The notes: generated by a model not told the origin, from the sequence alone. Positions 19,502-30,002 are shown, numbered from the stretch's first letter. The stretch is 64,000 bases of DNA from Gammaproteobacteria bacterium (GCA_965237805.1 OZ250153.1:288001-352000), one strand, 5' to 3'. Made by a program: numbers and translations.

Positions 19502-20761
19502 ATGGCCTGTCTGGTACACAAGTACGGCGGCAGCTCGCTGGCCTCCCCAGCCCACATCAATGCGATCGCAGCCCGGGTGCGGGACTGCCGTGCCGCTGGC
19601 CACCGGGTCGCGGTCGTCGTCTCCGCTATCAACGAGGAGACCGATCGCCTGCTGGCGTTGGCCGCAACGCTGGGTGCAGCCAGCGCCAGTATCGAACTGG
19701 ACACCCTGCTAGCCACCGGCGAACAAGCCAGCGCGGCACTGCTCTGCCTCGCCTTGCAGCGCATCGGTGTCGAAGCCGCATCGTTCAGCGGCACGAGACA
19801 GCCCATCCAGAGTGGCGGTGAGGCTGGCAGGGCGCTGATCACCGCAGTGCATGCCGATGCGCTGCGCGAGATGATGGCGCGGAACGCGGTACCAGTGGTC
19901 GCCGGATTCCAAGGCATCGCGGCCGACGGCACCCTGCAAACCCTCGGTCGCGGTGGCTCGGATACCAGCGCCGTCGCCGTGGCGCTGGCCTTGAATGCCG
20001 ACGAGTGCCGTATCTACACCGATGTCGACGGCATCTGCTCGGCCAACCCCAAGCTGGTGGCGCAGACGCAACTGCGCCATCAGCTGGACTTTGAAGAGGT
20101 GCTGGAAATGGCCAGTTCCGGTGCCAAAGTGTTGCAATACCGAGCCGCCGCGCTGTCCGGGCGCCATGGCCTCAAGCTGCGGGTGCTGTCATCGATGACC
20201 ACTGGCGACGAGTCGCATGATGCGAGCGCGGGTACACTAGTGGCAAAGCGCAACCATCGCAGCTTTGCTGCCGACCACGACATGGAACAACCCGACCCCG
20301 AGGAAAAATACCAAGTGGTGGAAAATGCCAACGAGGCACAAGTGGCGATCAGCGGAGTACCCGATCAACCCGGGGTCGCCGCCGACATTCTCAGCACCAT
20401 CGCCGCGCGCGGCATCCAAGTCGACCTGATCGTCCAAAACACCGGCCACGACCGCATCAGCGACCTCAGTTTCACCGTGCCGCGCAGCGAGGTGGAACAG
20501 GCAGAGACGCTGGCGCAACAGGCGGTGAACCAAATTGGTGCTGGCTCTGTGCAAACTGATTGTAGAATTGCCAAGGTCGCACTGGTAGGATATGGCTTGC
20601 GCTCACAGGCTGGCGTGGCGGGCAAGATGTTCGCGACGCTGGCAAAACACAAAGTCAATATCAAAATGATCGCAACTTCGGAGGTGCGGATAGCCGTCAT
20701 CGTGCAAGAAGACGACCTCAAAGCAGCTGTGCGTGCGCTACACGCCGCGTTCTGCGAGTAG
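19502..20761 (+). CDS. lysC: Aspartate kinase
   Basis: KYGGSS, GFQG, TLGRGGSDTSAVA, IYTDVDG, two ACT domains, ATSEVRI; upstream of csrA. Confidence 0.95.
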   Translation: MACLVHKYGGSSLASPAHINAIAARVRDCRAAGHRVAVVVSAINEETDRLLALAATLGAASASIELDTLLATGEQASAALLCLALQRIGVEAASFSGTRQPIQSGGEAGRALITAVHADALREMMARNAVPVVAGFQGIAADGTLQTLGRGGSDTSAVAVALALNADECRIYTDVDGICSANPKLVAQTQLRHQLDFEEVLEMASSGAKVLQYRAAALSGRHGLKLRVLSSMTTGDESHDASAGTLVAKRNHRSFAADHDMEQPDPEEKYQVVENANEAQVAISGVPDQPGVAADILSTIAARGIQVDLIVQNTGHDRISDLSFTVPRSEVEQAETLAQQAVNQIGAGSVQTDCRIAKVALVGYGLRSQAGVAGKMFATLAKHKVNIKMIATSEVRIAVIVQEDDLKAAVRALHAAFCE

Positions 20762-20936
20762 CCATCGTGGCCGCTATGCTTTGCCAAGCACGATCTGACA
20801 GCACCGCCAACTACAGGGTGCTGGCGACTCAAACTGATACCCAGCTCGGATTGGGAAGCCACATAATGAGACCCAGCTCAGCGAGCGTGAGCTGGCAAGA
20901 TTAATAGGAGATATAGGCCATTAGGAGGTGTAGCCC

Positions 20937-21161
20937 ATGTTGGTACTGACTCGTCGGGTCGGCGAAACCATCGTCATCGGCGACGATGTGCGGGTCACTG
21001 TGCTCGGCATACGCGGGCAACAAACCAAACTGGGCATCAGTGCGCTGCCGCATATCCCCATCTACAGAGAGGAGCTGAAGCCCGAAGCAACAAACCCAGA
21101 CAACCGCGCCCCAAGGGCACCCGCCCAACAGCGCGATGCGGCTCAGCAAGCTCTGATATAG
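20937..21161 (+). CDS. csrA: Carbon storage regulator CsrA/RsmA
   Basis: MLVLTRRVGETIVIGDDVRVTVLG...IYREEL; AGGAGG RBS. Confidence 0.95.
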   Translation: MLVLTRRVGETIVIGDDVRVTVLGIRGQQTKLGISALPHIPIYREELKPEATNPDNRAPRAPAQQRDAAQQALI

Positions 21162-21237
21162 GTGCCCGCAGTGCTTGCGCTCCGCGCCAGTGCTGTGGCA
21201 TCAAGGCGCTTGGATTAAACTTTAAGGGCAGATGATC

Positions 21238-21328
21238 GGAGAGGTGGCCGAGTGGCTTAAGGCGCTCCCCTGCTAAGGGAGTATGGGCTAATACCCCATC
21301 GAGGGTTCGAATCCCTCCTTCTCCGCCA
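21238..21328 (+). tRNA. tRNA-Ser (GCT)
   Basis: GGAGAGG acceptor stem, anticodon arm ctccc-CTGCTAA-gggag, long variable arm, TTCGAAT, 3' CCA. Confidence 0.96.
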
Positions 21329-21432
21329 GCGGCGGATACGATGCGCAGACAGCTGCGGCACAGGCAACCCTAGCCCCTTGTCGCAGCGAGGGTAATCACC
21401 TTATAATCTAAAAAGATTTATGTACAGTTCAG

Positions 21433-21496
21433 GGGGGCACCACATGGGGGCACCACATGGGGGTGCCACATGGGGGTGCCACATGGGGCACCACAT
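21433..21496. repeat. Tandem repeat, 5 copies of 13-bp GGGGG(CA/TG)CCACAT (last copy 12 bp)
   Basis: Units start at 21433, 21446, 21459, 21472 and 21485. Confidence 0.9.
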
Positions 21497-21552
21497 GATG
21501 TTGCCACCGACTTGCCCTTGATCATTAAACCCTGAAAACATTATTTAAAATT

Positions 21553-23133
21553 TTGGGGAGCATCACTGTGATCATCCCTCTTGTTGCTTGGGCAGCTGGT
21601 GTCATCCCCGGCATCCCCTCACCGCAACGTGCCCTGCTGATCGCCCAATCTGCCAATGCTAGCAGCAACCGGGACGATGCGAGTGGGCAACCGCGCATCG
21701 TCCTCGCGTGGATGGACAACGACTACCACGGTCGTCTGACCCACCGGATCCGCGGCGATCTCACCGGCTTGCTAGATGCCGAGCTGATCATCGATCCGAC
21801 CATCTTGCGGCATCGCAACCATGATGCACTGTGGAAACTTAACGCATGCCGCCAAACCAAGCCGCTGCGCGACAAATGGAAAAGCGACCTGGTCGTCAGT
21901 GGCAAACGCTCTCTGCAAGGAATACAGTTCTATCTGAGCGGGCAGGAATGTGAGCATGCCCCAGCCTATGACGAGCACCTGTACACACTGGCGCACAACT
22001 TTGAAACCCCGAAGCGCTATGGCAAGAGCACGAAACTCTATCTGAACACCAAAGTGGTGCTCGCTATGCCGACCCCGCCAGCTGACAGCAACCAATTCTA
22101 TTTGATGTTGCGCAACTTGGGAGCGCTGCACAAATTGTTGGGGCAAGCCATCGCCGACCCGGCACTCAACCAGCAGCTAACTTGGCGTCTATCACTACAA
22201 GATCTCCAGGCTCAAATCAATATTCGGCTGGGACATCTGGAGAATGATACGACGCAATACCAAACCGCCTACAAACTCTATTCCAAGGCCCTAGAACAAC
22301 TGCCGCCGGTAGCCGATGCGGCACGCGACGCCGACTCGAACAAAACGCTGGCCATCGTGCTCAATAACTACGCTGCCGTCATCGGTTTGCTACTGGAGCG
22401 TGGAGCGCGCAACAAGAGCCAGCTGGAACTCGCACACCAGGGTATGGAGTACTTGCAGCAATCGCTCAAACAACAAAATCAGGCTCAACACGCAATGCTG
22501 TGGGGGACGTCCATGACCAATCTCGGCTATATGCAGATATACATTGCCAGACTGACGCGCGATCCCGAGCTGCTGGGCAAGGCACGCGAATCGCTCCAGG
22601 CCGCCAGCACCCTGCAACGACGCATGACCCTGCAAGCCGAGCGGTCGCGCTCTGAAATCGGGCTGGCGATGGCGGCGGCGCAGGCCGCGCTGTGGGACAA
22701 GAGTCTAGAACTCTACCAAGAGGCACTGGACAGCCATCAAGCAGCGTTGCAGTTGACCTCGCAGTCGCTCTCGCCCTTCCGTTGGAGCCTCGCCAAGCAG
22801 TCCATCGCCTTGCTCTTGGCGCGGCTCGGCAAAGATGAGCGAAATGCCGACCATCTGCGCAAGGCAGTACAACACTTCCGCGATGCCCTGTCGACCAATA
22901 GCTGGGGGAAAACACCTGTCAAGTGGAGCAGGGTGCAACTCAATCTCGCCAGCAGTATGGTGCTACTCGCCAATATAGTGGGACAGGAGGAACGCGCCAA
23001 GCTGCTCGCTGAAGCCCGCCAACGGCTGGATCAGACCGAGCAGAGACTGCGCCTCAGCGAAGTCCAAGATCCACGCTTGACGAACAACATCCAAGCCATT
23101 CGAGATCTGTTGCAGAAGGTTTCCTTGCGCTGA
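21553..23133 (+). CDS. Probable exported/membrane-anchored TPR-repeat protein
   Basis: Hydrophobic N-terminus; RIVLAWMDNDY domain; degenerate ~47-aa TPRs (WGTSMTNLG, PFRWSLAKQSIA, PVKWSRVQLNLA); start uncertain. Confidence 0.8.
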   Translation: MGSITVIIPLVAWAAGVIPGIPSPQRALLIAQSANASSNRDDASGQPRIVLAWMDNDYHGRLTHRIRGDLTGLLDAELIIDPTILRHRNHDALWKLNACRQTKPLRDKWKSDLVVSGKRSLQGIQFYLSGQECEHAPAYDEHLYTLAHNFETPKRYGKSTKLYLNTKVVLAMPTPPADSNQFYLMLRNLGALHKLLGQAIADPALNQQLTWRLSLQDLQAQINIRLGHLENDTTQYQTAYKLYSKALEQLPPVADAARDADSNKTLAIVLNNYAAVIGLLLERGARNKSQLELAHQGMEYLQQSLKQQNQAQHAMLWGTSMTNLGYMQIYIARLTRDPELLGKARESLQAASTLQRRMTLQAERSRSEIGLAMAAAQAALWDKSLELYQEALDSHQAALQLTSQSLSPFRWSLAKQSIALLLARLGKDERNADHLRKAVQHFRDALSTNSWGKTPVKWSRVQLNLASSMVLLANIVGQEERAKLLAEARQRLDQTEQRLRLSEVQDPRLTNNIQAIRDLLQKVSLR

Positions 23134-23253
23134 TCCCACCATCACCACCAGCGGCTCTAAACAGCTTGGCTTAGGTTACAATTTTGATTGCGGTATTATC
23201 AGCTGCGGATGCGCTGCCGACCAAGCGCTGGTGCGCACCTTAAGAGGTCTCTC

Positions 23254-23535
23254 ATCATACTTAGCAGATCACGCAGCTCGGCGCCGATCGCCAGGTTCCC
23301 CCTCGCCGCAACCGTCTCGCGCAGCTCGGACAACAGCGATTTAAAACATATCCCGGGTCATGACGGCCTGCCACTGAGCGGCCAGACACCGCGCAGGCTC
23401 AGCGAACCCTTGGCGCTATTCGACGCATACGATCAAAAATACGGGGCCGTCTGTAAAATGGGGATGACCATGCAGCACATGCCTTTCCCCAAAGTCAGGG
23501 ACGAGCTCCCATTGCGCCTGCATGCGCTGCATTGA
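23254..23535 (+). pseudogene. Cytochrome P450 remnant (N- and C-termini fused by internal deletion)
   Basis: LKHIPGH..LP..GQ...YDQKYGAVCKMG joined to MQHMPFPKVRDELPLRL; both halves match the ends of the adjacent P450; no heme Cys; start approximate. Confidence 0.85.
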
Positions 23536-23538
23536 GCG

Positions 23539-24954
23539 ATGCCCCCAGCAACCGACAAGCAAGCCACCTTAGCGGGGCGCTTTCCACTTTCTGCAGGAGT
23601 GGGATTGGGCAAGCCCAACGCCAATTCGCGCTCAATCAAGCACATCCCCGGACATTTTGGCAAACCCATAGTCGGCCAAATTGCACGCAATATCTCCGCA
23701 CCCTATGAGCTCTACGACGAGTACTACAACAAATACGGCCCGGTCTGCTCGATGGGAACCATCATGCAGCGTATCGTGGTGCTGCTGGGGCCAGAATTTG
23801 TCCAAGAATTGACCCTTGATCCGGAGCAGAACTACTCACTGCGCATGGGCTACCACGCCAGCGCCAAAGATTTCTTCGGCGGCGGCCTGCTGATGATGGA
23901 TTTCGACGAGCACCGCTTCAACCGACGCATCATGCAGACGGCCTTCAAGTTCTCTTCGATGCGCCACTATATCGGCAAGATGTCGCCGCTGATTGACGAG
24001 CAGACCAGCGCATGGGCGCTCCAAGGCGATGACTTCCTGTTCTATCCTGCCATCAAGCGGTTGCTGCTCGACATCGGTGCCCGCGTCTTTGTCGGCGTCG
24101 ACTTGGGCCAGGATGTCGAGCGGCTGAACCAAGCCTTCCTCGATATGATCGCGGGCGTACTGGCCATCGTCCGACGCGACTGGCCCGGACTGCTCTATCA
24201 CAAATCGATGAAGGCCATGCGCACCCTCAACCAATTCCTAGGCGATCAAATACAGGAACGACGACGCTCGGATAGTGATGGCCAAGACATGATGAGCCAC
24301 CTGTGCCGCGAGCGCAGCGAAGACGGCGAGCTGTTCGACGACGCACAGCTGATTGATCATATGCGCTTTTTGCTGCTGGCCGCTCACGACACCACCACCA
24401 GCGCGCTGACAATGGCCGCCTACGAACTGGCGCGCAACCCCGAGTGGCAGGAGCGCCTGCGTGCGGAGTATGCTGCACTGGGAGAAGCACTGGTCTACGA
24501 CGATCTCGACAAGATGCCGCTCAGCGATTTGCTCTTCCATGAGACCGAGCGCCTCTACCCGGCGGTGACCGGCCTAGCTCGCCGCACGGTGCGCGACACC
24601 GAGCTCGGCGGCTACCATATCCCTGCTCACACTCAGCTGACGACCTCGATCCTCTATATGCACCGCATGAAGGAATGGTGGAGTGATCCCTCGCGTTTCG
24701 ACCCGGAACGCTTTTCGCCGGAGCGCGCCGAGCACCGGCAGCACAAGTTCTTGTGGTCGCCCTTCGGCGGCGGTGCGCACAAGTGCATCGGCCTACATTT
24801 TGCGCAGATGCTGTTCAAGTGCACGCTGTTCGGGATACTGCGCAAATACCAGCTCGAGCTGCCCGAGGACTACCCGGAGCGACCCGCCATGCAATTCATG
24901 CCATTCCCCAAGGTGACGGACGACTTAGCGCTGCGCCTGCGCCCCATCCAATAG
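23539..24954 (+). CDS. Cytochrome P450 (CYP136-like)
   Basis: I-helix AAHDTT, ETER (ExxR), FDPERF, heme motif FGGGAHKCIG. Confidence 0.93.
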   Translation: MPPATDKQATLAGRFPLSAGVGLGKPNANSRSIKHIPGHFGKPIVGQIARNISAPYELYDEYYNKYGPVCSMGTIMQRIVVLLGPEFVQELTLDPEQNYSLRMGYHASAKDFFGGGLLMMDFDEHRFNRRIMQTAFKFSSMRHYIGKMSPLIDEQTSAWALQGDDFLFYPAIKRLLLDIGARVFVGVDLGQDVERLNQAFLDMIAGVLAIVRRDWPGLLYHKSMKAMRTLNQFLGDQIQERRRSDSDGQDMMSHLCRERSEDGELFDDAQLIDHMRFLLLAAHDTTTSALTMAAYELARNPEWQERLRAEYAALGEALVYDDLDKMPLSDLLFHETERLYPAVTGLARRTVRDTELGGYHIPAHTQLTTSILYMHRMKEWWSDPSRFDPERFSPERAEHRQHKFLWSPFGGGAHKCIGLHFAQMLFKCTLFGILRKYQLELPEDYPERPAMQFMPFPKVTDDLALRLRPIQ

Positions 24955-25086
24955 CCGCCCAAAAGCCACGCAGGGGGTGCCGATGGGGGGCTGTGAAGCC
25001 AGCGGGGATACTCTCTGGCAGCACACGCCAATCAGGCCTTGGGCGCGGCGATACGCTATCATATATACGGTGTGGCAATTGTCGAT

Positions 25087-25160
25087 GCGCCCGTAGCTCA
25101 GCTGGATAGAGCATCAGGCTACGAACCTGGGGGTCGGGGGTTCGAATCCCTTCGGGCGCG
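25087..25160 (+). tRNA. tRNA-Arg (ACG)
   Basis: GCGCCCG/CGGGCGC acceptor stem, anticodon loop CT-ACG-AA, TTCGAAT; CCA not encoded. Confidence 0.94.
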
Positions 25161-25233
25161 CGCCTCGACGGCGGCACAGTGCAAGGAATAGCGCCACCAG
25201 CACTGGCATACAACACGGCACAAAGGGGCTCTC

Positions 25234-26085
25234 ATGTCGCAACTAGGCTCCCTGCTCCGCCTCGACGGAAAGTCGGCGCTGATCACTGGCGGCTCGCGTG
25301 GCATCGGCTTGGCCATCGCCTGCGCCTACCGCCAAGCTGGTGCCAATGTCTGCATCACCGGGCGCAAGCAGCAAGGTCTGGACAGCGCACAGCGCGAGCT
25401 GGAACGGATCGACGCTCCGGGTCGGGTGCTGTGCCAGGCGGCCTCGGTGACCACGGCAGCGGGTAGCGAAGGTGCCGTCGCCCACCATTGCGAGGTGCTG
25501 GGCTCGCTGGACATCCTCGTCAATAACGCTGGCACCAACCCCGCGCTGGGGCCGCTACACGACATTGATCTCGGCGCTTGGCGCAAAACCTACGAGGTCA
25601 ATCTACAAGCGCCGCTGGCGATGGCACAGGCCGCATGGCGCGCCTCGATGCGCAAGCACGGCGGTGTCATCATCAACATCGGTAGCGTCGGTGTGCATGT
25701 GCCCACACCCTTCCTCGGTGCCTACACCGGCAGCAAAAGCTCCCTATTGCACCTCAGCCGCCAACTGGCCGGAGAGATGGCCCCCGACGTGCGGGTGCTG
25801 TGCATTTCTCCCGGCTTGGTCAAAACCCAGTTGTCGCGCGCACTGTGGGAGGGACGCGAAGAGGAAATGGCTCGCACCACGCTGATGCACCGCTTGGGCA
25901 CCCCCGAGGATATCGCCCACGCAGCGTTGTTCGCCGCGTCGAAAATGGCCAGTTGGATGAGCGCTGTGGAGCTGATCATCGACGGAGGATCGCGGCTGAT
26001 CGCGCTGGATCCACAGGCACAGCAAGCTGGTATCGGCGGCCCCTTAGCACCACTGGCACCGCCGGGGCCCGGCCAGTTGGCATAG
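25234..26085 (+). CDS. SDR family oxidoreductase
   Basis: TGGSRGIG, NNAGTNP, YTGSK, PGLVKT, IDGG. Confidence 0.9.
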   Translation: MSQLGSLLRLDGKSALITGGSRGIGLAIACAYRQAGANVCITGRKQQGLDSAQRELERIDAPGRVLCQAASVTTAAGSEGAVAHHCEVLGSLDILVNNAGTNPALGPLHDIDLGAWRKTYEVNLQAPLAMAQAAWRASMRKHGGVIINIGSVGVHVPTPFLGAYTGSKSSLLHLSRQLAGEMAPDVRVLCISPGLVKTQLSRALWEGREEEMARTTLMHRLGTPEDIAHAALFAASKMASWMSAVELIIDGGSRLIALDPQAQQAGIGGPLAPLAPPGPGQLA

Positions 26086-26109
26086 CACGCACGACGGACT
26101 ACACGACTG

Positions 26110-26367
26110 ATGCTAGATAGCGATGCAACATTGATGACGCAAGCGCTAGTGCTGGCAGCCTGCGGCATGGGCTTGGTCTTCGTGCTACTCGGCCTGCTGG
26201 TTGGTTGTATCAGCCTATTATTGCCCCGCTTCGCCAGCCTGCCCGCCACAGCGGCAGAGCAGGCAACGGATGGACAACAGAGCAGCGCGGACCAAACTGC
26301 ACGCCGCGCCGCCCGCGCCGCGGCGATCCACCACCACCGCCGACAGCAGCATCAGACCGGGCGATGA
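26110..26367 (+). CDS. oadG: Oxaloacetate decarboxylase gamma subunit
   Basis: GMGLVFVLLGLL TM helix, AAAIHHHR tail; precedes oadA. Confidence 0.85.
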   Translation: MLDSDATLMTQALVLAACGMGLVFVLLGLLVGCISLLLPRFASLPATAAEQATDGQQSSADQTARRAARAAAIHHHRRQQHQTGR

Positions 26368-28163
26368 GCGAGCAGAGTGCCATAGAGCGCCAGCCCTTGG
26401 GGCTAACCGAACTGGTGTTGCGCGACGGCCAGCAGTCCTTGCTCGCCACGCGCCTGCGCTTGGACGATATGCTGCCGGTGGCGGCGCAGCTGGACAGCGT
26501 GGGCTACTGGTCGATGGAAAGCTGGGGCGGGGCGACTTTCGATGCCGGGCTGCGCTTCCTCGGCGAGGATCCGTGGCTGCGCATCAGGGAACTGAAAGCA
26601 GCCATGCCCAACACCCGCCAGCAGATGCTACTGCGCGGCCAGAACCTGCTCGGCTACCGCCACTATGCCGACGATGTGGTGCGCCGCTTTGTGGCCTGTG
26701 CTGCCACCGCTGGCGTCGATGTGTTCCGCGTCTTCGACGCTCTCAACGACCCGCGCAACTTGGCAACCGCCATCGACGCCGTGATCGCCGAAGACCGGCA
26801 TGCCCAAGGGGCCTTGTCCTATACCATCAGCCCAGTGCACACGCTGGCTGGCTGGGTCGATCTGGCACGCCGCATCGAAGATATGGGTGCCCACTCGGTG
26901 GCGATCAAAGACATGGCGGGCTTGCTCAGCCCGTACGCCGCTTCCGAGCTGGTGAGCGCGCTGCGCATGGCTGTGAGCGTGCCGATCCACATGCAGTGCC
27001 ATGCCACCACCGGCTTCTCTGTCGCCACCATCCTGATGGCGGTGGAGGCCGGGCTGAGCAATGTCGATTGCTCGATTTCCTCGCTCAGCATGAGCTACGG
27101 GCACGCGCCGACCGAGACTGTCATCAGTATGTTCCAGGGGCACGGACGCGACACTGGCTTAGCTTTGGAAGCGCTAGAGCCGATCGCCGCGCATTTCCGC
27201 ACCGTGCGCCGACGCTACGCCGCCTTTGAGGGAGAGTTGCGCGGCGTCGATGCGCGCATCCTCTCGGCGCAAGTGCCGGGTGGTATGTTGAGCAATCTGG
27301 AGCAGCAGCTGCGCGAACAGCGGGCGCTGGATCGCTTCGACGAGGTGCTACAGGAGATTCCGCGGGTGCGCGAGGATCTTGGCTTCCTGCCGCTGGTAAC
27401 CCCGACCTCGCAGATCGTCGGCACCCAAGCGGTACTCAATGTATTGCACGGTGAGCGCTACCAGACGATGGCGCGCGAGACCACCGCCATCCTGCGCGGC
27501 GAATACGGGAATACGCCAGCACCGGTAAACAAGCAGCTGCGTGAGCGTGCTCTGCGCGAGGCCGGTGAGGCGGTGGAGCTAGACCACTCGACGCCAGAAA
27601 TGGGTTCACTGTTGGAGCGGTTACTGGAGCGGGGCAGCGCACTGGACTTGCACTTCGACAGCGGCGAACCCAAGGAAGAGGAGCTGCTGAGCTACGCGAT
27701 GTTCCCGGAGGTGGCCCTGAAGTTTTTTCAACACCGCGGCGATGCATCGGCTTTCGAGCAAGCACCCGGTGCCGAGCCAGCAGCGATGGCGACATCCCCA
27801 GAAACGGGTGCCGAGAACGGGGCGAGTGAGGTGCGTGCAGTGGGTGCCAACCAGTACCAAGTCACGGTCGACGGCCAGCACTTCCGGGTGCAGGTGCAGC
27901 CGGACGAGGCCGATGCCGAAGATAGCCAAGCGGTGACAACCCGGGGCGACGGAACCGTCGTGGCCGCACCGATGGCCGGCACCGTGCTGCGCGTGATCGC
28001 AGATGAGGGCGATGTGGTGGCGGCGGGGGAAGTGCTGTTGGTGATGGAGGCGATGAAGATGGAAACCGAGGTGCGTGCGCTCCAAGGCGGCGTGTTGCGC
28101 CGCTTCTTGGTCAGCACCGGGGATGCCGTGTCGGTGGGCGATGCCCTCGTGGAAATCGGCTGA
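26364..28163 (+). CDS. oadA: Na+-translocating oxaloacetate decarboxylase alpha subunit
   Basis: LRDGQQSLLATR, WGGATFD, IKDMAG, QVPGGM, PLVTPTSQIVG, biotinyl EAMKME. Confidence 0.95.
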   Translation: MSEQSAIERQPLGLTELVLRDGQQSLLATRLRLDDMLPVAAQLDSVGYWSMESWGGATFDAGLRFLGEDPWLRIRELKAAMPNTRQQMLLRGQNLLGYRHYADDVVRRFVACAATAGVDVFRVFDALNDPRNLATAIDAVIAEDRHAQGALSYTISPVHTLAGWVDLARRIEDMGAHSVAIKDMAGLLSPYAASELVSALRMAVSVPIHMQCHATTGFSVATILMAVEAGLSNVDCSISSLSMSYGHAPTETVISMFQGHGRDTGLALEALEPIAAHFRTVRRRYAAFEGELRGVDARILSAQVPGGMLSNLEQQLREQRALDRFDEVLQEIPRVREDLGFLPLVTPTSQIVGTQAVLNVLHGERYQTMARETTAILRGEYGNTPAPVNKQLRERALREAGEAVELDHSTPEMGSLLERLLERGSALDLHFDSGEPKEEELLSYAMFPEVALKFFQHRGDASAFEQAPGAEPAAMATSPETGAENGASEVRAVGANQYQVTVDGQHFRVQVQPDEADAEDSQAVTTRGDGTVVAAPMAGTVLRVIADEGDVVAAGEVLLVMEAMKMETEVRALQGGVLRRFLVSTGDAVSVGDALVEIG

Positions 28164-28166
28164 ACC

Positions 28167-29333
28167 GTGGCACTATTGCTGGAGCTGTGGCATGGCACCG
28201 GGCTGAGCCAGGCCGAGAGCGCCCAAGTGGCGATGGTGGTGGTCGGCTTAGGTCTGCTCTATCTCGCTATCCACCACCGCTTCGAACCCCTGCTGCTATT
28301 GCCCATAGGCTTCGGCGCGATCCTCGTCAACATCCCCGGCGCTGGCTTTGCCGACGCACCGGTCTACGACGAGCTGGGCAAACTAGCTGAGCCTGGCGGC
28401 TTGCTCTATTACATCTATCAGGCGGGCATCGCCAACGGCCTGTTCCCGCTGGTGATCTTCATGGGTGTCGGCGCTCTGAGCGACTTCGGCCCGCTGCTGG
28501 CCAACCCACGCACCTTGCTGCTCGGTGCCGCCGCGCAGTTCGGCATCTTCGCCACCGTGCTCGGAGCCATCGCGCTGAACAACACCGGGCTGGTCGAGTT
28601 CAGCCTGCAGCAGGCGGCAGCCACCGGTATTATCGGTGGGGCCGACGGACCGACGGCGATCTTCGTCGCCAGTCGCCTCGCGCCGGAGCTGCTCGGGGCC
28701 ATCGCCGTGGCGGCCTATTCCTACATGGCGCTGGTGCCGATCATCCAGCCACCAATCATGCGCGCCCTGACCACCCCGGCCGAGCGCGGCCTGCGGATGA
28801 CACAGCTGCGCACCGTCAGCCAGCGCGAAAAGATCATCTTCCCACTGTTGCTGTTGGCGTTGGTGGCGATGCTGTTGCCAGCCGCCGCCCCGCTGATCGG
28901 TATGCTGTGCTTGGGCAATCTGATGCGCGAGTGCGGCGTGGTCGATCGGCTCAGCGAGACCGCCCAAAACGCCCTCATCAACATCACCACCATCTTCTTG
29001 GGGCTGGGCGTGGGCTCCAAGATGAGTGCCGAGGAGTTCCTCGACCTGAGCACTTTGGCGATCCTGTTATTGGGGGCGATGGCCTTCTCAATCGGCACCG
29101 CCGCCGGAGTGCTGATGGCCAAGCTGATGAACCGGTGGAGCGCACAGCCGATCAACCCACTGATCGGTGCTGCCGGGGTGTCGGCAGTACCGATGGCCGC
29201 ACGCGTGGCGCACCGTGAGGGGCTGCGGGCCGACCCGCATAATTTCCTGCTGATGCACGCGATGGGGCCCAATGTGGCGGGCGTCATCGGCTCGGCGGTG
29301 GCGGCCGGGGTCATGCTGAGCCTATTGGGCTGA
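28167..29333 (+). CDS. oadB: Oxaloacetate decarboxylase beta subunit
   Basis: [49 protein letters not shown]. Confidence 0.96.
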   Translation: MALLLELWHGTGLSQAESAQVAMVVVGLGLLYLAIHHRFEPLLLLPIGFGAILVNIPGAGFADAPVYDELGKLAEPGGLLYYIYQAGIANGLFPLVIFMGVGALSDFGPLLANPRTLLLGAAAQFGIFATVLGAIALNNTGLVEFSLQQAAATGIIGGADGPTAIFVASRLAPELLGAIAVAAYSYMALVPIIQPPIMRALTTPAERGLRMTQLRTVSQREKIIFPLLLLALVAMLLPAAAPLIGMLCLGNLMRECGVVDRLSETAQNALINITTIFLGLGVGSKMSAEEFLDLSTLAILLLGAMAFSIGTAAGVLMAKLMNRWSAQPINPLIGAAGVSAVPMAARVAHREGLRADPHNFLLMHAMGPNVAGVIGSAVAAGVMLSLLG

Positions 29334-29458
29334 GGCCCGGCACAGAGCGATGACCCTAGCGGTGTCGAGTGATGCCGTTATAATGCGGCGGCTGTCAGGA
29401 TATTGACGGCTTGCAGGGACAACATCCAAGAGCCGAGAGAATACCAGAGGAGCAAATT

Positions 29459-29662
29459 GTGAGTGAAGCACAGACGGCAGATGCCCCCTTTCGCAAGTGG
29501 GAATGTGTGATATGCGGCTTTGTCTACGACGAGGCCGAAGGCTGGCCCGACGACGGCATCGCCCCCGGCACCCGCTGGGCGGATGTGCCCGAAGACTGGG
29601 AATGCCCCGACTGCGGCACCAGCAAATACGACTTCGATATGCTCGAAATCGAAGCGGACTGA
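29459..29662 (+). CDS. Rubredoxin
   Basis: [15 protein letters not shown]...[11 protein letters not shown]; GAGGAG RBS before GTG. Confidence 0.93.
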   Translation: MSEAQTADAPFRKWECVICGFVYDEAEGWPDDGIAPGTRWADVPEDWECPDCGTSKYDFDMLEIEAD

Positions 29663-30002
29663 GGGGCTTGCCCGCCCGCGGTGGGTGGGTTGATGGTGGA
29701 TCTCCACTTGGTCGGACAGCTGGGATGCCGCCAACATCGCGCAGAGCCAAGCGGACAGTGCTGTGTCGCACCAGCTTGGCATTAGGCCGCCCAGCATGAA
29801 ACTGAGCTGCATTGCTGTCGATTAGCGGCAACAGCCCAATTCCCTTAGCAAGAGCTTGAGCCAGCTGCAACGCTCGCGTATAAAATCCCGCCATTTCCCT
29901 ACCAGCAGCTAGCGACCCTAAGGCCCACCTAGGAGATATCCGCCCCACCCCTATAATCAGCCCTCCCCCTCTGTGCCCTCCCCCACTAAGGACCCCTCCC
30001 CC

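Noticed and set aside
20870-20936. Hairpin and two GGA motifs upstream of csrA as an autoregulatory site or sRNA
   Set aside because: The motifs read TAGGA rather than ANGGA and one is simply the RBS; evidence is insufficient.
21433-21496. 13-bp repeats as a mini-CRISPR or iterons
   Set aside because: Direct tandem units without spacers, and no rep or cas gene nearby.
29459-29662. Rubredoxin as the P450 electron donor
   Set aside because: It is 4.5 kb away behind oadGAB, and bacterial P450s typically use ferredoxins; there is no linkage evidence.
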